A DNA stretch of 64,000 nucleotides, taken from Chlorokybus atmophyticus. Its lineage: Eukaryota > Plantae > Mesostigma and Chlorokybus algae. Shown here piece by piece: positions 17,248-30,824 of this stretch. Each line of letters starts with the position of its first letter. Position 1 is the first letter of the stretch. The notes under the pieces are model-generated. The model searched no databases. It was given only the letters and a program-made list of their open reading frames with translations, and was not told where the DNA came from. The position numbers and the translations under genes are program-made. The stretch is from positions 598,317-662,316 of the forward strand of contig RHPI01002262.1 in NCBI GenBank assembly GCA_009103225.1. The letters run 5' to 3'.

Positions 17248-20200
17248 TCAAGTCGTGGCTATATCAGGCAACACCGTGTTTTCACCCATCACACGCCCAC
17301 CCACATCAACAAACTCCTCATGACCCGGAATGCTTTCGACCGTGCCATCTTTGTTGATCTGCAGCGGGTACTTCATCATGTACCCGTCGAGCGGTACCAC
17401 TTCATCGCCGGCATACTTTTCCCAATTGTTGGCCGCCAATGTGGACACCGTCGCTGCACACGCGGCTGAAGATGGCTGATGGAATTCATCATGTATAGCG
17501 CCAAAATGCTCAGCCCACAGCGACATTCGGTATGCATGAATTGCTCCTTTTGGTGGCTCGCTATCACCAGGCTGCATTGCAACATGAGGTAGCAATTTTC
17601 AACATGTACTCCGAAGAACAATCAAAGCCTACGTTTCCGCAAGACTGTGTCAGCAAGCGTACCTTCATCATGTGCTCTGGTTGGTAGGCCATCACCGCTA
17701 TCTCCGTGTCGCGCGTGCCATACAGTGACCTTGCATTGATGTTGGCGGACCCAACAATGACGCACTGAACACAGAGACGCATGAAAGGCTCAATTATGAC
17801 AGCTGATGCAGTAACCAAATGCAGCAACCAGCACCATCTGACAGTTCATCCACGGAGGTTACACGACACCTCAAGTATAGTACCTGATCATCCACTATAA
17901 GGAGCTTGCTGTGGACATATCTGCAAGAAAACACATGCAGGCGTCACCAGTCTCCGACTTGCCGCAAGTTAATTACGACAGTGCAGGTTGTACACTCACA
18001 TAAGAAAGCGCCTCGTCATGCTTATCAACTCCAGAGTGTTGGAGACCTCCATGACGGTGTCATTGTCGGGGCTGTCTGGTGCATTCTCCGTAGGCAACTT
18101 GCTACCTGCTGCCGTCCTTGACTCTAAAGTGGTGTCACTCTGCGAAGCTGCAATATGCTGCAATCACAAGTTGCGCTCTTGCAGCATGCTGAGTGTATGC
18201 ACACTTACAACTCTGGTGTTCTTCCTCGGGTTCTCGTTTGCCAAGGCAGAAGAATTTGAGGTAGTCCGTTGGCCAAGAGTCTGTGCCTGTCTCTTGCAGC
18301 GTGGTGGCGATTCGTTTGTACATCATCTTCAAGGTCTGAAAGAGAAATATTCAAGCAACAAGCAAATGTGTGACGACTAGCCTTGGTGGTGGCTTGTTTA
18401 TAGAGACTGTGGTTGCCATACCTGTGTTTGCCAATGCAAAATTTCCTACGAGAAACACATACCACCAATCAGTAGTGCTTCATAAACAGTGCTGTACATT
18501 CGTCTCACATCTTCTCGCAATGTCAGTGTAGCTTCAGGCAGCATAAGGCGTCGAGAACCATACCTGCACAGTCCGCGACGTGGGGTTGCCCTCACAGAAC
18601 ATGGGAACGACCACATATGCTACAAAAGGCTGGTGTTGTCGTATCTTCTGGCACACCTGGGGCAGGCTGAAAAGCATCAGGATGGTGTACAGTATGAGTC
18701 CGCATGAGAATAATGCAACCATCATATGCTTGCAATAGCATGCACGCAAGTGCCGTCCTAGCTTTAGCAACATGCCTATTATAGCAGCAGACGACTTGCT
18801 GACCTTCTCAGCAATCTCTATGGGAACAATATGTGAGCAGTCCACATGGTAGTCGGTGTCCCAGAGATGTGAGCCTCCTAGAAAGTACCTGTCATAGCAG
18901 TGGACCATCACATGTTGCAGCTTGGCACAATGACAAGTGCAATCAAAACCGGTGTCACTTACTGGTTTTCTATATAGAGGAATTGGTCTGCTCTTCTGAT
19001 CGCGTGCACATAGCCCCTGTATATAGAATTGTCCACACGGCGACCTTTCTTGTGATGCAGCCTTAGCGGCCCTACACTGGTGTCGAGAACAGCAGAGCGC
19101 TCGTCGATCGATCGTAGCACCTGCATTCGCCACCTGTCACGCATGAAGTCTTAGCGTGTAACGCAATGTCAGTTACATGGTGATGGCAGGAAGTCAGTAG
19201 CAACTGGCACACCTGTCCGGATCTGTTGATGAGTTCACTGCTGCTTTACTGCCTAAGTAAAACTTGTCTGAGTCCAAGTCCACCAGCATGTCCACTTTGT
19301 CACGGACCTGTACATGAATGCCGCACGCATCAGCCAGGTTCAACACATGCAGAGCATGTCAGAAATGGTCTACACGCAGGGCATGTGTCAGAAGAAGAGT
19401 ATTTTGTAACCCAAAGCTTATCAGCCGCCACTGCATTGAACGGGAAATACCTGAGCTTTCCAGCGCTCAGTGAAGTTGCGCACAACATCTAGCGCTGCAG
19501 GGCCTTCAACACGGCTGTGTGCGTCGTGCCACGGCTGTTGACAAGTGACACACGTCAGCAACACTCAACTTACGTGTATAAAACCAGGTAGCATCAATGC
19601 TGATTCAGGACACGCAAGCCTGTGAGGCACTTGTGCACGTGTACGCACTTGGCGAGGGCCGATACTATCCGCGGGAACAATGTGATTGAAGAAGTCATCG
19701 CGGAACTCAACAGTGTCGCGCCCCTTGAACAATCCATGCTCTGGGGTATCATATCTCATTCCTGCAAAGAAAGTCACTCCACCTTATATCACCTCTGGCA
19801 TAAGTTTGCGTGATAAGCAAAGTGATCCAGTGCTTACAGCGGTACTGACCGCATAAGTCCAGACCGCCAACGTATGCTACAATGCGGTGCTTCCCAGACA
19901 TGGCTGATGGCTCATCCGCAGCTACCAGCTTCTGGTGATGAGTGAACAGTCCCAAAGTGGCGAGCTCCTGGCAGCGATGTTGGTAAGCACACATTCCGTG
20001 CATTGCTTATATTTACCTACCTCATGCGCTCATGATCATATACACATTGTGAGAACGCAGGATGGCACCTTGAAGAAGTTGTTGGTGTTTGAGTCGGCAT
20101 CAGATCCTATGCGCGGGACTTTGGCTACCTCAACCGGTGAGTCCTTGAACGCCAGGTAAGTCTCCTCGCATTTGGTGTCCATGATACCCTGATAGAAGCA

Positions 20201-22419
20201 TCCACCAATAAGCTGATATTTCCGCCGCAGATGCAGGCAGATTAACAGCTAGGGAGTGTGCTTACTGCAGTGGTAAAGAACGGTGTTGATAGCGATGTCG
20301 CGTCATCCCAGATCATAATCAGGACTGTCACGCCCTGAAAAGCAGCTGTACATTAGTCACTGGTAAGATGACTGGCAAACGGTGGCCTCAGTGGCGTCGA
20401 GTGAGTACCTCTCTTGCTCTGCCATCAAGAAGTTCCTTGAGTGTAGGCTGGCCCTCTTCCCGAACAAGCTGTATTTTGGTATCCACAGACCAACCCTGTT
20501 GTGTGCAACAAGCAATTGTAACAATGTCCTGTAGGAATTGCATATGCAAGCATTCAGGCGCAGATGCTTACGGCAATATAGATGAAGTGTTGTGCCTTCA
20601 AAATGGTATCCTGAATGTCTCGCCAGCAGCACCTGTGCTGTTGTACGCGATCAGACAGTGGGATAGGGGGCAAGATCTTCTCGCTGTTGCATGCATCCTG
20701 CAGGTCCAACGTGGTTAGAAGGTTGTCAAGTCACACCTTGTGCGCGATGCATACAAGCGGTCGCAATGTTACGCTACAGACTTGCAGTTCACTTGCCTCG
20801 TAAAGGGTAAGCCGGCAGCCATCTTGTGGCTCAAAGTATGTGTCCGGCACGTCTGGGGACTGCAACCACAGTTGTGCTATGTGTCAGCAGCTCAAGTATG
20901 CCACATTTGTACATTGCATGCGGCAGAGCAAAGGTGCCAGAACAAACTTCCGCCCTTGAACCTGCAGGGTAGGATCATTGTCTAAGGGAATGTACTCCAC
21001 CTCTACGCAAAGCTGGCCAAGGCGTGTGTAATGATGCCTTCGTTTCCTGCGGTGCTCCTGCAATGTGGTGTACATTCGGTCCTTAGCAACTGTCACGCTG
21101 CTATGCGACAACTCACACAACGCATGCGCGTATGTACATGCGCGAGCGTTTGTGTATGCAAGAGTGTGAGAGAGAGCGGCTGATGTGCAAGCAGCACTTC
21201 ACATCCAACAACCAGCAGCAACGCAACTTTGCAGCCCTTTGAACCTTGCGAAGCTTGAGCCAGCTGGTTATGTGGCCATTCTTGACCAACTCAGCTGCGC
21301 TTATTGAGCCGACTCCTAGCTTATCAGCGCCAAACATGTCCTTGTCTTTGACACGGAAAACAACTTCATCAACTTCGTGCGCTACGTTGACCAGAAACTC
21401 CTCCTCCCAGACAGGGTTCAGATCATTTGGTATAAAGCGAGTTTTGCATACCCTGTCAGGACCTGTTAGACAACCACACACGGCGATCAGGCAGCCGAAC
21501 AAGACACTGTGAAGGTATTTAAATTAACTAATACAAACAACACAACCGCATGGTGCATTCTGCAGTCCACACATGACAGGTAGCGCATCTGACATCACAT
21601 GGGCAATGGACTAACATACTGCAACAGCAGATGACACACGAGTGTGCGGGACTGAAAGCAGACCCCAGACACTTGCTTGTGTCTTTGAGTCTGCTTTGCA
21701 ATTTGGGGGGCATGCTTACCCAAGTACACATTGACGTAAGGATCCGAGACAGGCAAGCGAGGGCAGCATGGCAATGAGAAGAGTTTCGCCAATCCAGCTG
21801 TTACTGGGTTCTGACCGCACTGCAAAGAATAACAACAAGAAGAGTCGGTGATGGGCCTGCTACTTTCTTGCCGAAGTACTAGAGTCAACATGCACTTAAA
21901 AAGCAATAATCAACGACACACTACATTCAACACATGGTGCACTCCATCCCCAATGCAATCCTTGCCCACCAACCTTGCCAATGCAGTCCTTGTCCACCAA
22001 CCGCTTGGCTCTGCGAAAAAAGATACAACATGCACATCAAATCAAACCACCCCAGTCTACAGGTACAGCAACTTCCAACATAATCAACAACACATTATTA
22101 CTTATGACATATCACATATCACATATTATCACACACCAAATCAGTGATAATAAAACATGCAAGCACACAGATCGTGAATCTTACAAGTGGTTGCTGTTCA
22201 GGTAGACTGGGCTAGTTGCACGTAGGGTTACCTGTGTATCTTGATGTGCATCTTGCCATGCAGAAAAACTTCGGGCTCTTTCTTCTGTCTGTGTAAAGCA
22301 CTGCCGATGCCTTGGGAGGATCTATCTTCATCTGCACGTGCAGAAGGGGGTGTGTCTCCGTCAGACGAACCACCCTGTCTCGCTGGTGCATTGCCTCGCC
22401 TCTTCAGCCGAAACTTCAT
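17248..22419 (-). CDS. PLD: Plant-type C2-domain phospholipase D (PLD alpha/delta-like)
   Basis: N-terminal [11 protein letters not shown] and C2 elements ([38 protein letters not shown]). First [14 protein letters not shown] (~19915-19945) followed by AYVGGLDLC; FLYIENQYFLG; second [15 protein letters not shown] (~17890-17920); [21 protein letters not shown]; C-terminal [11 protein letters not shown]...LMKYPLQ-like ...LPDIATT* (TGA at 17250-17248). Confidence 0.95.
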
Positions 22420-22885
22420 GCTACCTGACTGCAGATAGCATTGCTTGTTAAACAGAGTTGATAAGCAGGTTCACGCATGACCCGCACACAGGTTCACACG
22501 TGCAACGTAATTGAGGCCAAGCACGCATGACATGCATCGATACATATAGCGTATCCACTATGCAAGCAACTCTTGAAGTTCAGTTGGTTGGGTTGGTTGC
22601 TTTTTGTTGGGCGACAATGCCGCAACATACTGGTCTCTATGGACTTACAGCTGGCAATGCATGCAAGGTCAAGTCGAGGAGGAGGCATGGTCAATTCTTG
22701 TCGTGCTTCTTACGGCAAGACTTTTTAGTCTCAACCAACAAGGTGTGTGCGAGGCCCGCGTCTCAAGCAGCTGTCGCAGTCAGCCGACCATGCCGACCAC
22801 CTCAAGCCTGCAGCAGGTAACTATTGACTGGGCTACAGAGACAACCTCACAAACATCTTCTAAAAAAGAAAGCCCCCCCTCCCCC

Positions 22886-23511
22886 NNNNNNNNNNNNNNN
22901 NNNNNNNNNNNNNNNNNNNNNNNNNNNNNNNNNNNNNNNNNNNNNNNNNNNNNNNNNNNNNNNNNNNNNNNNNNNNNNNNNNNNNNNNNNNNNNNNNNNN
23001 NNNNNNNNNNNNNNNNNNNNNNNNNNNNNNNNNNNNNNNNNNNNNNNNNNNNNNNNNNNNNNNNNNNNNNNNNNNNNNNNNNNNNNNNNNNNNNNNNNNN
23101 NNNNNNNNNNNNNNNNNNNNNNNNNNNNNNNNNNNNNNNNNNNNNNNNNNNNNNNNNNNNNNNNNNNNNNNNNNNNNNNNNNNNNNNNNNNNNNNNNNNN
23201 NNNNNNNNNNNNNNNNNNNNNNNNNNNNNNNNNNNNNNNNNNNNNNNNNNNNNNNNNNNNNNNNNNNNNNNNNNNNNNNNNNNNNNNNNNNNNNNNNNNN
23301 NNNNNNNNNNNNNNNNNNNNNNNNNNNNNNNNNNNNNNNNNNNNNNNNNNNNNNNNNNNNNNNNNNNNNNNNNNNNNNNNNNNNNNNNNNNNNNNNNNNN
23401 NNNNNNNNNNNNNNNNNNNNNNNNNNNNNNNNNNNNNNNNNNNNNNNNNNNNNNNNNNNNNNNNNNNNNNNNNNNNNNNNNNNNNNNNNNNNNNNNNNNN
23501 NNNNNNNNNNN
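22886..23511. other. Assembly gap (N run)
   Basis: Run of N, flanked by C-rich sequence. Confidence 0.99.
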
Positions 23512-24447
23512 CCTCCCCCTCCCCTTCTTCCTTCCCAACCACCACAAGTAAAACAAAACCCAAAGAACAACAACCACGTGGAAAAACAAGAAACAGCAGA
23601 GGGGGAAGCAACGAGCTGAGCGTTACAAGACCTAACAGCTACAAGTAACGCATTTCAATGCAACAAAGTTCCCAAAACGTCATGCAAGTTGAAGCTCAAT
23701 TTATCCTCTGTGACAGCTGCAACTGTGCTGTGTGCATCAAGCAGCATAGGCAGCTTCAAGGTGTGCAAGCTTTGTGAGCACAAACTACATGCCTAGTTCA
23801 AGAACAAGAATGCCTAAAGTCCTAAAAGCAGCAGATCGCGTGTCAAACCAGCAAGCATGCAATGTGCAACTCACACCCACAGCTTCAAGCTCCAAGCTTG
23901 CAACGCATGCCAGACCGCGTCCCCGTTTGCTACACCGCTTCAGCAAGCTTGAGCATATACACATGGCAAGCAGGTTCGGCAGCGTCAGCACCGACACCGC
24001 AACACAATCAAGCTCTGACAAATCAAGCAAGCAAGCTCGCTCCAAGCTCCACGCTCCACGCTTCAAGCTGTCCACGCAAAAGCTGCAAGCTCCAGCTTCA
24101 TGCGCTCAACGCAACAGGCTGTAGGGCTGCTAGACTTGGAGCCCCAGTAGCATTTGGACCAATGCTGGCCTGGAGCGCAGCAGTCCTGCCCCAATGCATG
24201 CTCCAGGCGGCAGTCGCCAGGCAGGGGCTGGCGATTTGAAGCAAGTTTACACAATAGACTCTAAATCCCCTTGTTACTCATGCATCCTGTTCGACCGAAC
24301 CAGGCTTGATGAACTCTAGTTCAGCAAGTGCAGAATCGAGTCTGGGTGAAAGCTGCTGTCAGGCCATGCGGCCACGTCAACAATCTCCAACCCTAAGATT
24401 GGTCTGGGCGGCGGCAGCGGCGGGTGGGGGCGAGGTTTGCGTGCGTG

Positions 24448-26842
24448 ATGGCGTCGTCCTGTTGTCATGGCCTGTCGGTGTTGAGTGCGTTGCGGCCATT
24501 GCCGTCACCTAGGGCGGTGCCAGCAGCAGCAGGAGCGCGTGGGGCTTGTGCATTGCGGTCTGGTCGGGGACAGTGGCTAGGCGGGTCTGGCCTGAAGCCA
24601 GCTGGCGCAAGGGTTGTGTCTGGGAGAGGCTTCGATTGGCAGCAGAGTAGGCGACAGCATGTGCTTGTCACGTGTGCGGCTGACGGCAAGAAGGACAAGA
24701 AAGCAGACATTAAGTACAGGTGCGGGTGCAGTTGGCCATGCGTGCATTGTACTTGCACCGTCAGCTCTGTCTGCACTCATTTGCAATGCTTGGCTGCAAT
24801 GCAAGCAACAGTCTTGCGCGAGGTTTGGTAATTGCACTCCTGATCCTGGAACAGCTGGTGTGACCTCTGTGTAGTGACCAATGTCGGACTCACAGCTAGT
24901 TACACTCGCTGCCGTAAAGCTCTTGATGTCATAGCAATGGTGATGCTGTTGTGTAGTCTTTGCACGTATGCATGTGCCATGCATGGGCTTGCTTGTGTGG
25001 GCTCGCATGCATTCGCATGTCAATTTCAGAAGTGACGCAAGCAACTGAGGCTGCAGTTTCGTCGGGTTTGTGCTTTTGTGGTTTCGGCGATGTATTCTGC
25101 AGCTATATACTAGTAGGTACTGTTGCCACAGAGCAGTGCAGTAGCTCGCGTGCTATGGTAATGCATGGCATGTTTGACGACCACAATGTCATACCATCTT
25201 GCTTGACTGTGCTTCGTCTGCTTTGACAGTTCGCAAATGTCCGCGCAGCTACGCACAGAGGCCACTGCACCTTTTCGCACCTTTCGCATGTTCCTCTATC
25301 TAGGTAAGCATGTCACCTCCCCCCCTCCCCCNTCATCCTGAACACCCCCCCACATGTTAGCATAGCTCGTTGTGCCATGTGACAGAGGCCTTCAGTGCCA
25401 TACCAGAGAGCTATTTTCGGAATCTTATTGCAGGGTAAATGCATGACTACACAGCAATTGCGTCAAAGATATGACAGCAATTTGCTTTGGGCTCTGTTCG
25501 CAGCATTCATGGGATCTGCTGGGTTGGGCGGCACAATCTCACTGGTGCGAACGTTGACAAGCGCTTTGGGCGCTCCAGCTGCCAACACTGGTCTGCTACA
25601 AGACAACCTTGTTAACCTTGCAGTTGATGCCGGCGCCTTTCTGCTTTTCTTCCTGCTTTACAGATCCGATTCCAAGTCCAAGGACAAGCAGCTTGCAAGG
25701 ATAACACGAGAGGAAACGATGGGCGAGCTCAAAGTGGAACTCACAACCGGTAAATGGCCCATAAATCATGTATGGTGCAAGCAAGTTGGGCCTTCTCATC
25801 TATCTATTGGTGTTGTCTAGAGTTGTATGCGTGCATACTGGCATTTGTGCAGGGCTACGTGAATAGGGAGGAGCTGAAGTTAGGCTTGCGGGAGGTGAAA
25901 ACACCCGCAGAGGGGGGGAGGGGGGGGGGTCCTGCATGCATGTGGATGTGTTGGTCGCTTTGGGTCCCTAGGGGCTGATGAGCACTGGCTGGTGTCATTT
26001 TCCAGTGCTAGATGCACCTTACAGTGTTCTTGCAGGAAAGGTGATTTCGCTTGAGCAGCTGCGAGGAAGCGCTCGTGTGTTATTGCTAGCCGGGGATTAT
26101 AACTATGTTAAACAGGCACTTGACGCGGCAGGTACATCAGCTGTAACAATGTATCCTCACTAAATCGTGCCATCTTCTTTTTCTGCGTCATCTGATGGGA
26201 CTCCTGCTGTCCCGCTCGCTTTGCAGAACAGTATAAGGACGCATTGGTTGAGCGAGGCGTGACGATTGTACCACTTGTGCTTCCACCGAATGCGCCTCAG
26301 ACAAAGGAGTTGGCTGTGACAGACGATAAGCGATGGAAGGCTGCGCCTGTGGTCGCAGACAAATGGGTCAGGTGAGTAACCTGTGCGCATGTTGGGCACA
26401 GCAATGTGCCTGCACTGTTCTGTGCGCTCTCAGCAGCAGCCGCACCTCAGGCAAAAGCTGGTGTTGGCAACCTCATCTGACAGGTTATTTGTGCAGCTGG
26501 ATAGCGGAGCAGAAACGGGTAGCTGGGGTGGCACCTGGGTCTCCAGTGTAAGTATTAGGTCAAGAGTTGTTGACATCTCCTCGCATGCTTAGCCATGCAG
26601 GCACTGCACACATGGCTAAGCATGGCACTTGAAAGTCTGCGCAAGCATTCGACGACGGCGTACCGTCTCAGTTGGTACCCTCCTGATGCTACTGTGCTTC
26701 CAGGTACATTTCTTTGAGATTAGATGGCCGAGTGCGCGGCAGCGGAGTGGGCATCCCACCCTGGCAGCAGATATCAGTGGCTCTGCCGCCAATGAAGGGC
26801 TTTTTCCAGGGGCCCCTCGACGGCTTAGACGGACGAGTTTAA
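24448..26842 (+). CDS. LPA1-like (LOW PSII ACCUMULATION 1 family, DUF3493) thylakoid protein with transit peptide; apparently the TPR-less paralog type
   Basis: LRTEATAPFRTFRMFLYL, AFMGSAGLGG, QLARITREETMGELKVEL, VISLEQLRGSARVLLLAG, LVERGVTIVP, WIAEQK, YISLRLDGRVRGSGVGIPPWQ...LPPMKG...DGLDGRV* (TAA at 26840-26842). These match recalled plant DUF3493 proteins; exon 1 reads like a transit peptide. Confidence 0.9.
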
Positions 26843-27804
26843 AACTACAGGTTCATCACCAGCAGTATCATTTGTTCAATGTGCACGGTTATGCAATGCT
26901 TATCTTTCAGATACAATTTTGGGCTACTTCTTTATATGTTGAGGGCACCCAATGTCTTTCCAGATATTGCACCCTGGTTTCTGCGGCTGTTATGACGATG
27001 TTGCAGCTGTACAACACATATCCTATGTTGTCATGTTGCCGTTGTCATTTGTACACTCGTTTGGGACATACAGGCTTGAAACGTCCTGGGCATGTGCACA
27101 GAAACACGTGCACATGTTGTCAACTGTTGCCCATCAATGCAGACATGATTATACAATTCTGTAAACTGCCATTATAAATTATAAGGCAAGATAACGCTAT
27201 TGGAACCTTGCAGACGCTGGGCACAATGCGCTGGCCTTCCACCTTTTCTTTCGGTCTTGTACTTTTAGACTGATGCTTCCCACATTCTGTCACTCACCTA
27301 AGCTATGGAGCTTGCACGGTGTAAGCTGATCTATATGGCAGATGTCAAGGATATATAGCAGCGAAGCACATGATGTGATAAGTTTTCATACTCACGTGCA
27401 ATAAGCGATATACTGCTTAACAAGCACATTAACGAGTAGAAGACGTGGAGGGGTTGTAGATGTAGCAAGCCTCGCACGCTACTGTGCGTGATGAGTAGAC
27501 GGTAATAGGGTGGACAGCTGGTCGAAGTAGCGAGTCGTCTGTCATCATTGTCGCTGTGCTTGTATCACATGGTCATTTTGCTGTAGCAAGCACTGCAGGC
27601 ACAGCACGGCATGCCACAGCATGCCATGTAGACGTTGTTGCTACTATCGTTATTGCCAGCAGTGGTTAGCTAGATGAGAAAGAGAGACCCAGAGAGAGCG
27701 GCGGTGCGGTAGTACTGCTTAGGTTGGGGCAGCATGAAATGGTTTAGCAGCAGTCGTCATTTCATGACTGGCAAGGGATTGTGCTTGCCCCCCCCCCCCC
27801 CCCC

Positions 27805-28221
27805 NNNNNNNNNNNNNNNNNNNNNNNNNNNNNNNNNNNNNNNNNNNNNNNNNNNNNNNNNNNNNNNNNNNNNNNNNNNNNNNNNNNNNNNNNNNNNNNN
27901 NNNNNNNNNNNNNNNNNNNNNNNNNNNNNNNNNNNNNNNNNNNNNNNNNNNNNNNNNNNNNNNNNNNNNNNNNNNNNNNNNNNNNNNNNNNNNNNNNNNN
28001 NNNNNNNNNNNNNNNNNNNNNNNNNNNNNNNNNNNNNNNNNNNNNNNNNNNNNNNNNNNNNNNNNNNNNNNNNNNNNNNNNNNNNNNNNNNNNNNNNNNN
28101 NNNNNNNNNNNNNNNNNNNNNNNNNNNNNNNNNNNNNNNNNNNNNNNNNNNNNNNNNNNNNNNNNNNNNNNNNNNNNNNNNNNNNNNNNNNNNNNNNNNN
28201 NNNNNNNNNNNNNNNNNNNNN
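27805..28221. other. Assembly gap (N run)
   Basis: Run of N preceded by a C homopolymer. Confidence 0.99.
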
Positions 28222-30297
28222 CAATTAACAGGTGAAGAACCCCCCCCGCCCCCGCCCTCCTTTGGCTGGTGCGCTAAGCCAGCCTTGCTCTACGGCTGGT
28301 AGGGTCCCGCGATTGCATGGGCGCAGTAACACCCAAGCAAGTTGAAGGCTCCCTACCATCAAGAAGCGGAAGGCTCAAGCGTTTGAATGCACAGCACACA
28401 GGAAGGCGCCAACAGGTATCATTCTCTCCGCTTGGCGCGCATCGAATGAGCGTGAGACAATGCTAGCTTGTTGCACTTCAAAACTCAATGGGTCCGCGCT
28501 CTTCATTGTCTGCTGCTGCTCTGGGTGCATGTGGGTCATGATCACTTGCATGGTCTTTCTGGCTTCTGCATTACAATGGTGACTGCCTGCCCGGTTTGCT
28601 CGTATTGCATGCTAGGGAGGGGGGTTGCCTTTGCATCTACAGACAATTGTCGAGAGGCAGCTTAAGAGCATGCCCAAAAGTAATGCTCATAGGGTCTGAC
28701 ATGGTTGCAATTGTTGGCGCTGAGAGCAACAGATGGAGCATTGAGAGAAAAACATGCAGCATTGCAATGGGAGAATATAACTCTGTGCCCACCAGAGCCC
28801 AGCCTTTTCAACTCTCATGCAATCATGCATAAGTACATGACTGATGCACATCATGCGTGCCCTTGGATCCTTCACATGTCCACCACACATGGACCATGTT
28901 TACAAGTCTGCACACAATGTGTACACCCAGGTCTACTATGCAGACAATCACATGCACAGTGCTCCCTTCGTGGAGAGGGAGAGGTGCACATGCAAAGGGA
29001 GGCTTAGGAACATGTTCTTTATTAACTCTGGAACGGTGGGAGCTTCATGGTGCAGCTTGTAGCAGACCTTGGAGCTTCCAGAACGGTGTCACATGGCAGC
29101 TCCTACACAACTCTCACAAGCAACAACCCAACATAGGGCAGGGGAAGGCCCCTTTAACACCACTTCTTTATCACCAAGTACCCATATCTAGTGTGTGGAA
29201 GGACCTTGCTAACACCCAGCTAAGGCGTGCACAACAATGCCAGCGCCGTCTTGAAAGTGTACAACAACAACTCCCCTTGCCTTGGGCGTGCCAACGCCTA
29301 TAAAGCCCCTCAATGGCAGCTGATGCTGACGTAGATATCTAAGTGCCCTTCCTGTCAGGAAGTTCCTGATGCCTTCCCACTTGGCCACACGTTCCCTAGA
29401 AAGGCATATTCCCTTAGGGACGTGTGCTGACCGTACAATTGACGTTCAGCACACTACACAGTGCTTCAACGGCCATGTGGCCATCATGGCAACTTGTCAC
29501 ACACTTAATGTGACTCACTCAGCATTGTCACATCATGCCATGTGCTATATATGTCACACCTTTACTCACGCTTGACGCGACATGCAGCTGTAATTTACAT
29601 GTGCATACCAACCACTTTCTTTGTACAGTACTGACTTCATATACTGTGTATGACACTTGCCACAACATGCGACAGTGTCTCGCATGTGAACATACACATG
29701 CTCACGCTGACCAGCTCTGTGCTAGCTGCTTATCAGTGCATTGCACAGTTCAACTTGCCCAAGGCTCATGAGCTCAAGGACTGACAGTATGAGCGAGCCA
29801 CTTATGCACATACCTTAAACAGTTGAACTACTATATAGTCATGCTGTCATATGTCGCAACATAGCAGCTGAGAGTGATCATGCCTTGCCTGTTAAGCGTG
29901 ACATAGAAACTCGTGTTGCGCAAGTTTCAGCTGTTACAGATGAAGGCTGCTAGAGTTCAAGCAAAGTGTTGTGTGGCAAGCATGGAAACGGTGAGCACCT
30001 ACGCCATCTTGGTTATAAGCTTAGAAGGGCAAGGGTGTGCAAGTGCTCATGCCCAACACACTACAATGGCATTTGCCTGCAACATATGATGTGCGCAACT
30101 TCTGCATGCCAGTGGGGTGTGCAGATTTCAGATTTCCTTCTTCACGCCTTGTAGGTGCAATTCACGCTTAGCTTCAGTATGCAAGCAGGTTGCTGGCCAA
30201 TGCTTTGTTACAAATTCAATGCTTGTATGAGCGCATACTCATTGTCACACCCGTCCACTCACCCCTCAACAGAGTGACATGCTGTGGTCAGCCTTAC

Positions 30298-30823
30298 TGT
30301 AACGGGAAGGTACATTACCACAAATCGACCATAAAAGCACCAAGTCTTTTGTGGTCGAGTGGGCTGTGACATTGGTATCGGAGCTTGAGACCCGGGTTCG
30401 ATTCCTGCCTTGCACACGAATTCCGCGGTCGTTGTTTCTCGATCCAATAATATCGTAAATGGTCACTTTATGAGTGCCATCATCGATGGGTCGCGACTTG
30501 CCTAATGGCAGTCGCGCCGAACTAACCAGTTCAGTCGGCGCGGCAGGGCGCGACCTGCCTATCGCGGCGACGCGACCTGTGGGGCCGGCAGCGTTTCGCT
30601 ATGCGCGCGTTGACCGGTATGGGCCTAAATTGGCCGGTCCTTGGACGGTGGGGCCGGTGACCGACCTTAACAAACCCCTTGGGTAATTCCCCAGCTGATG
30701 GCCGCCAGCTGCCGAGGACGTCAGCGTTCTTAAGTGGGGCGGAATGTAACGAGAAGGTACATTAAGTTACCACAAATCGACCATAAAAGCACCAAGTCTT
30801 TTGTGGTCGAGTGGGCTGTGACA
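30298..30823 (+). mobile_element. TRIM copy A (complete)
   Basis: 5' LTR 30298-30371 (TGTAAC...GTGACA); PBS TGGTATCGGAGC at 30373-30384 (canonical tRNA-iMet PBS is TGGTATCAGAGC, so one G-U wobble); PPT AAGTGGGGCGGAA at 30732-30744; 3' LTR 30745-30823. No coding capacity. Confidence 0.88.
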
Positions 30824-30824
30824 T

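Noticed and set aside
28222-28239. 18-mer CAATTAACAGGTGAAGAA identical to 34617-34634
   Set aside because: One copy starts exactly at the edge of an N-gap and runs into a C-tract, so it is most likely a scaffolding or contig-end artefact.
28240-30290. Possible coding or retroelement remnant
   Set aside because: No frame on either strand gave a recognisable motif or a consistent exon chain.
30345-30417. Possible tRNA gene (A-box and B-box present)
   Set aside because: No acceptor-stem or anticodon-stem pairing can be formed, and the sequence is part of the LTR/PBS of the retroelement.
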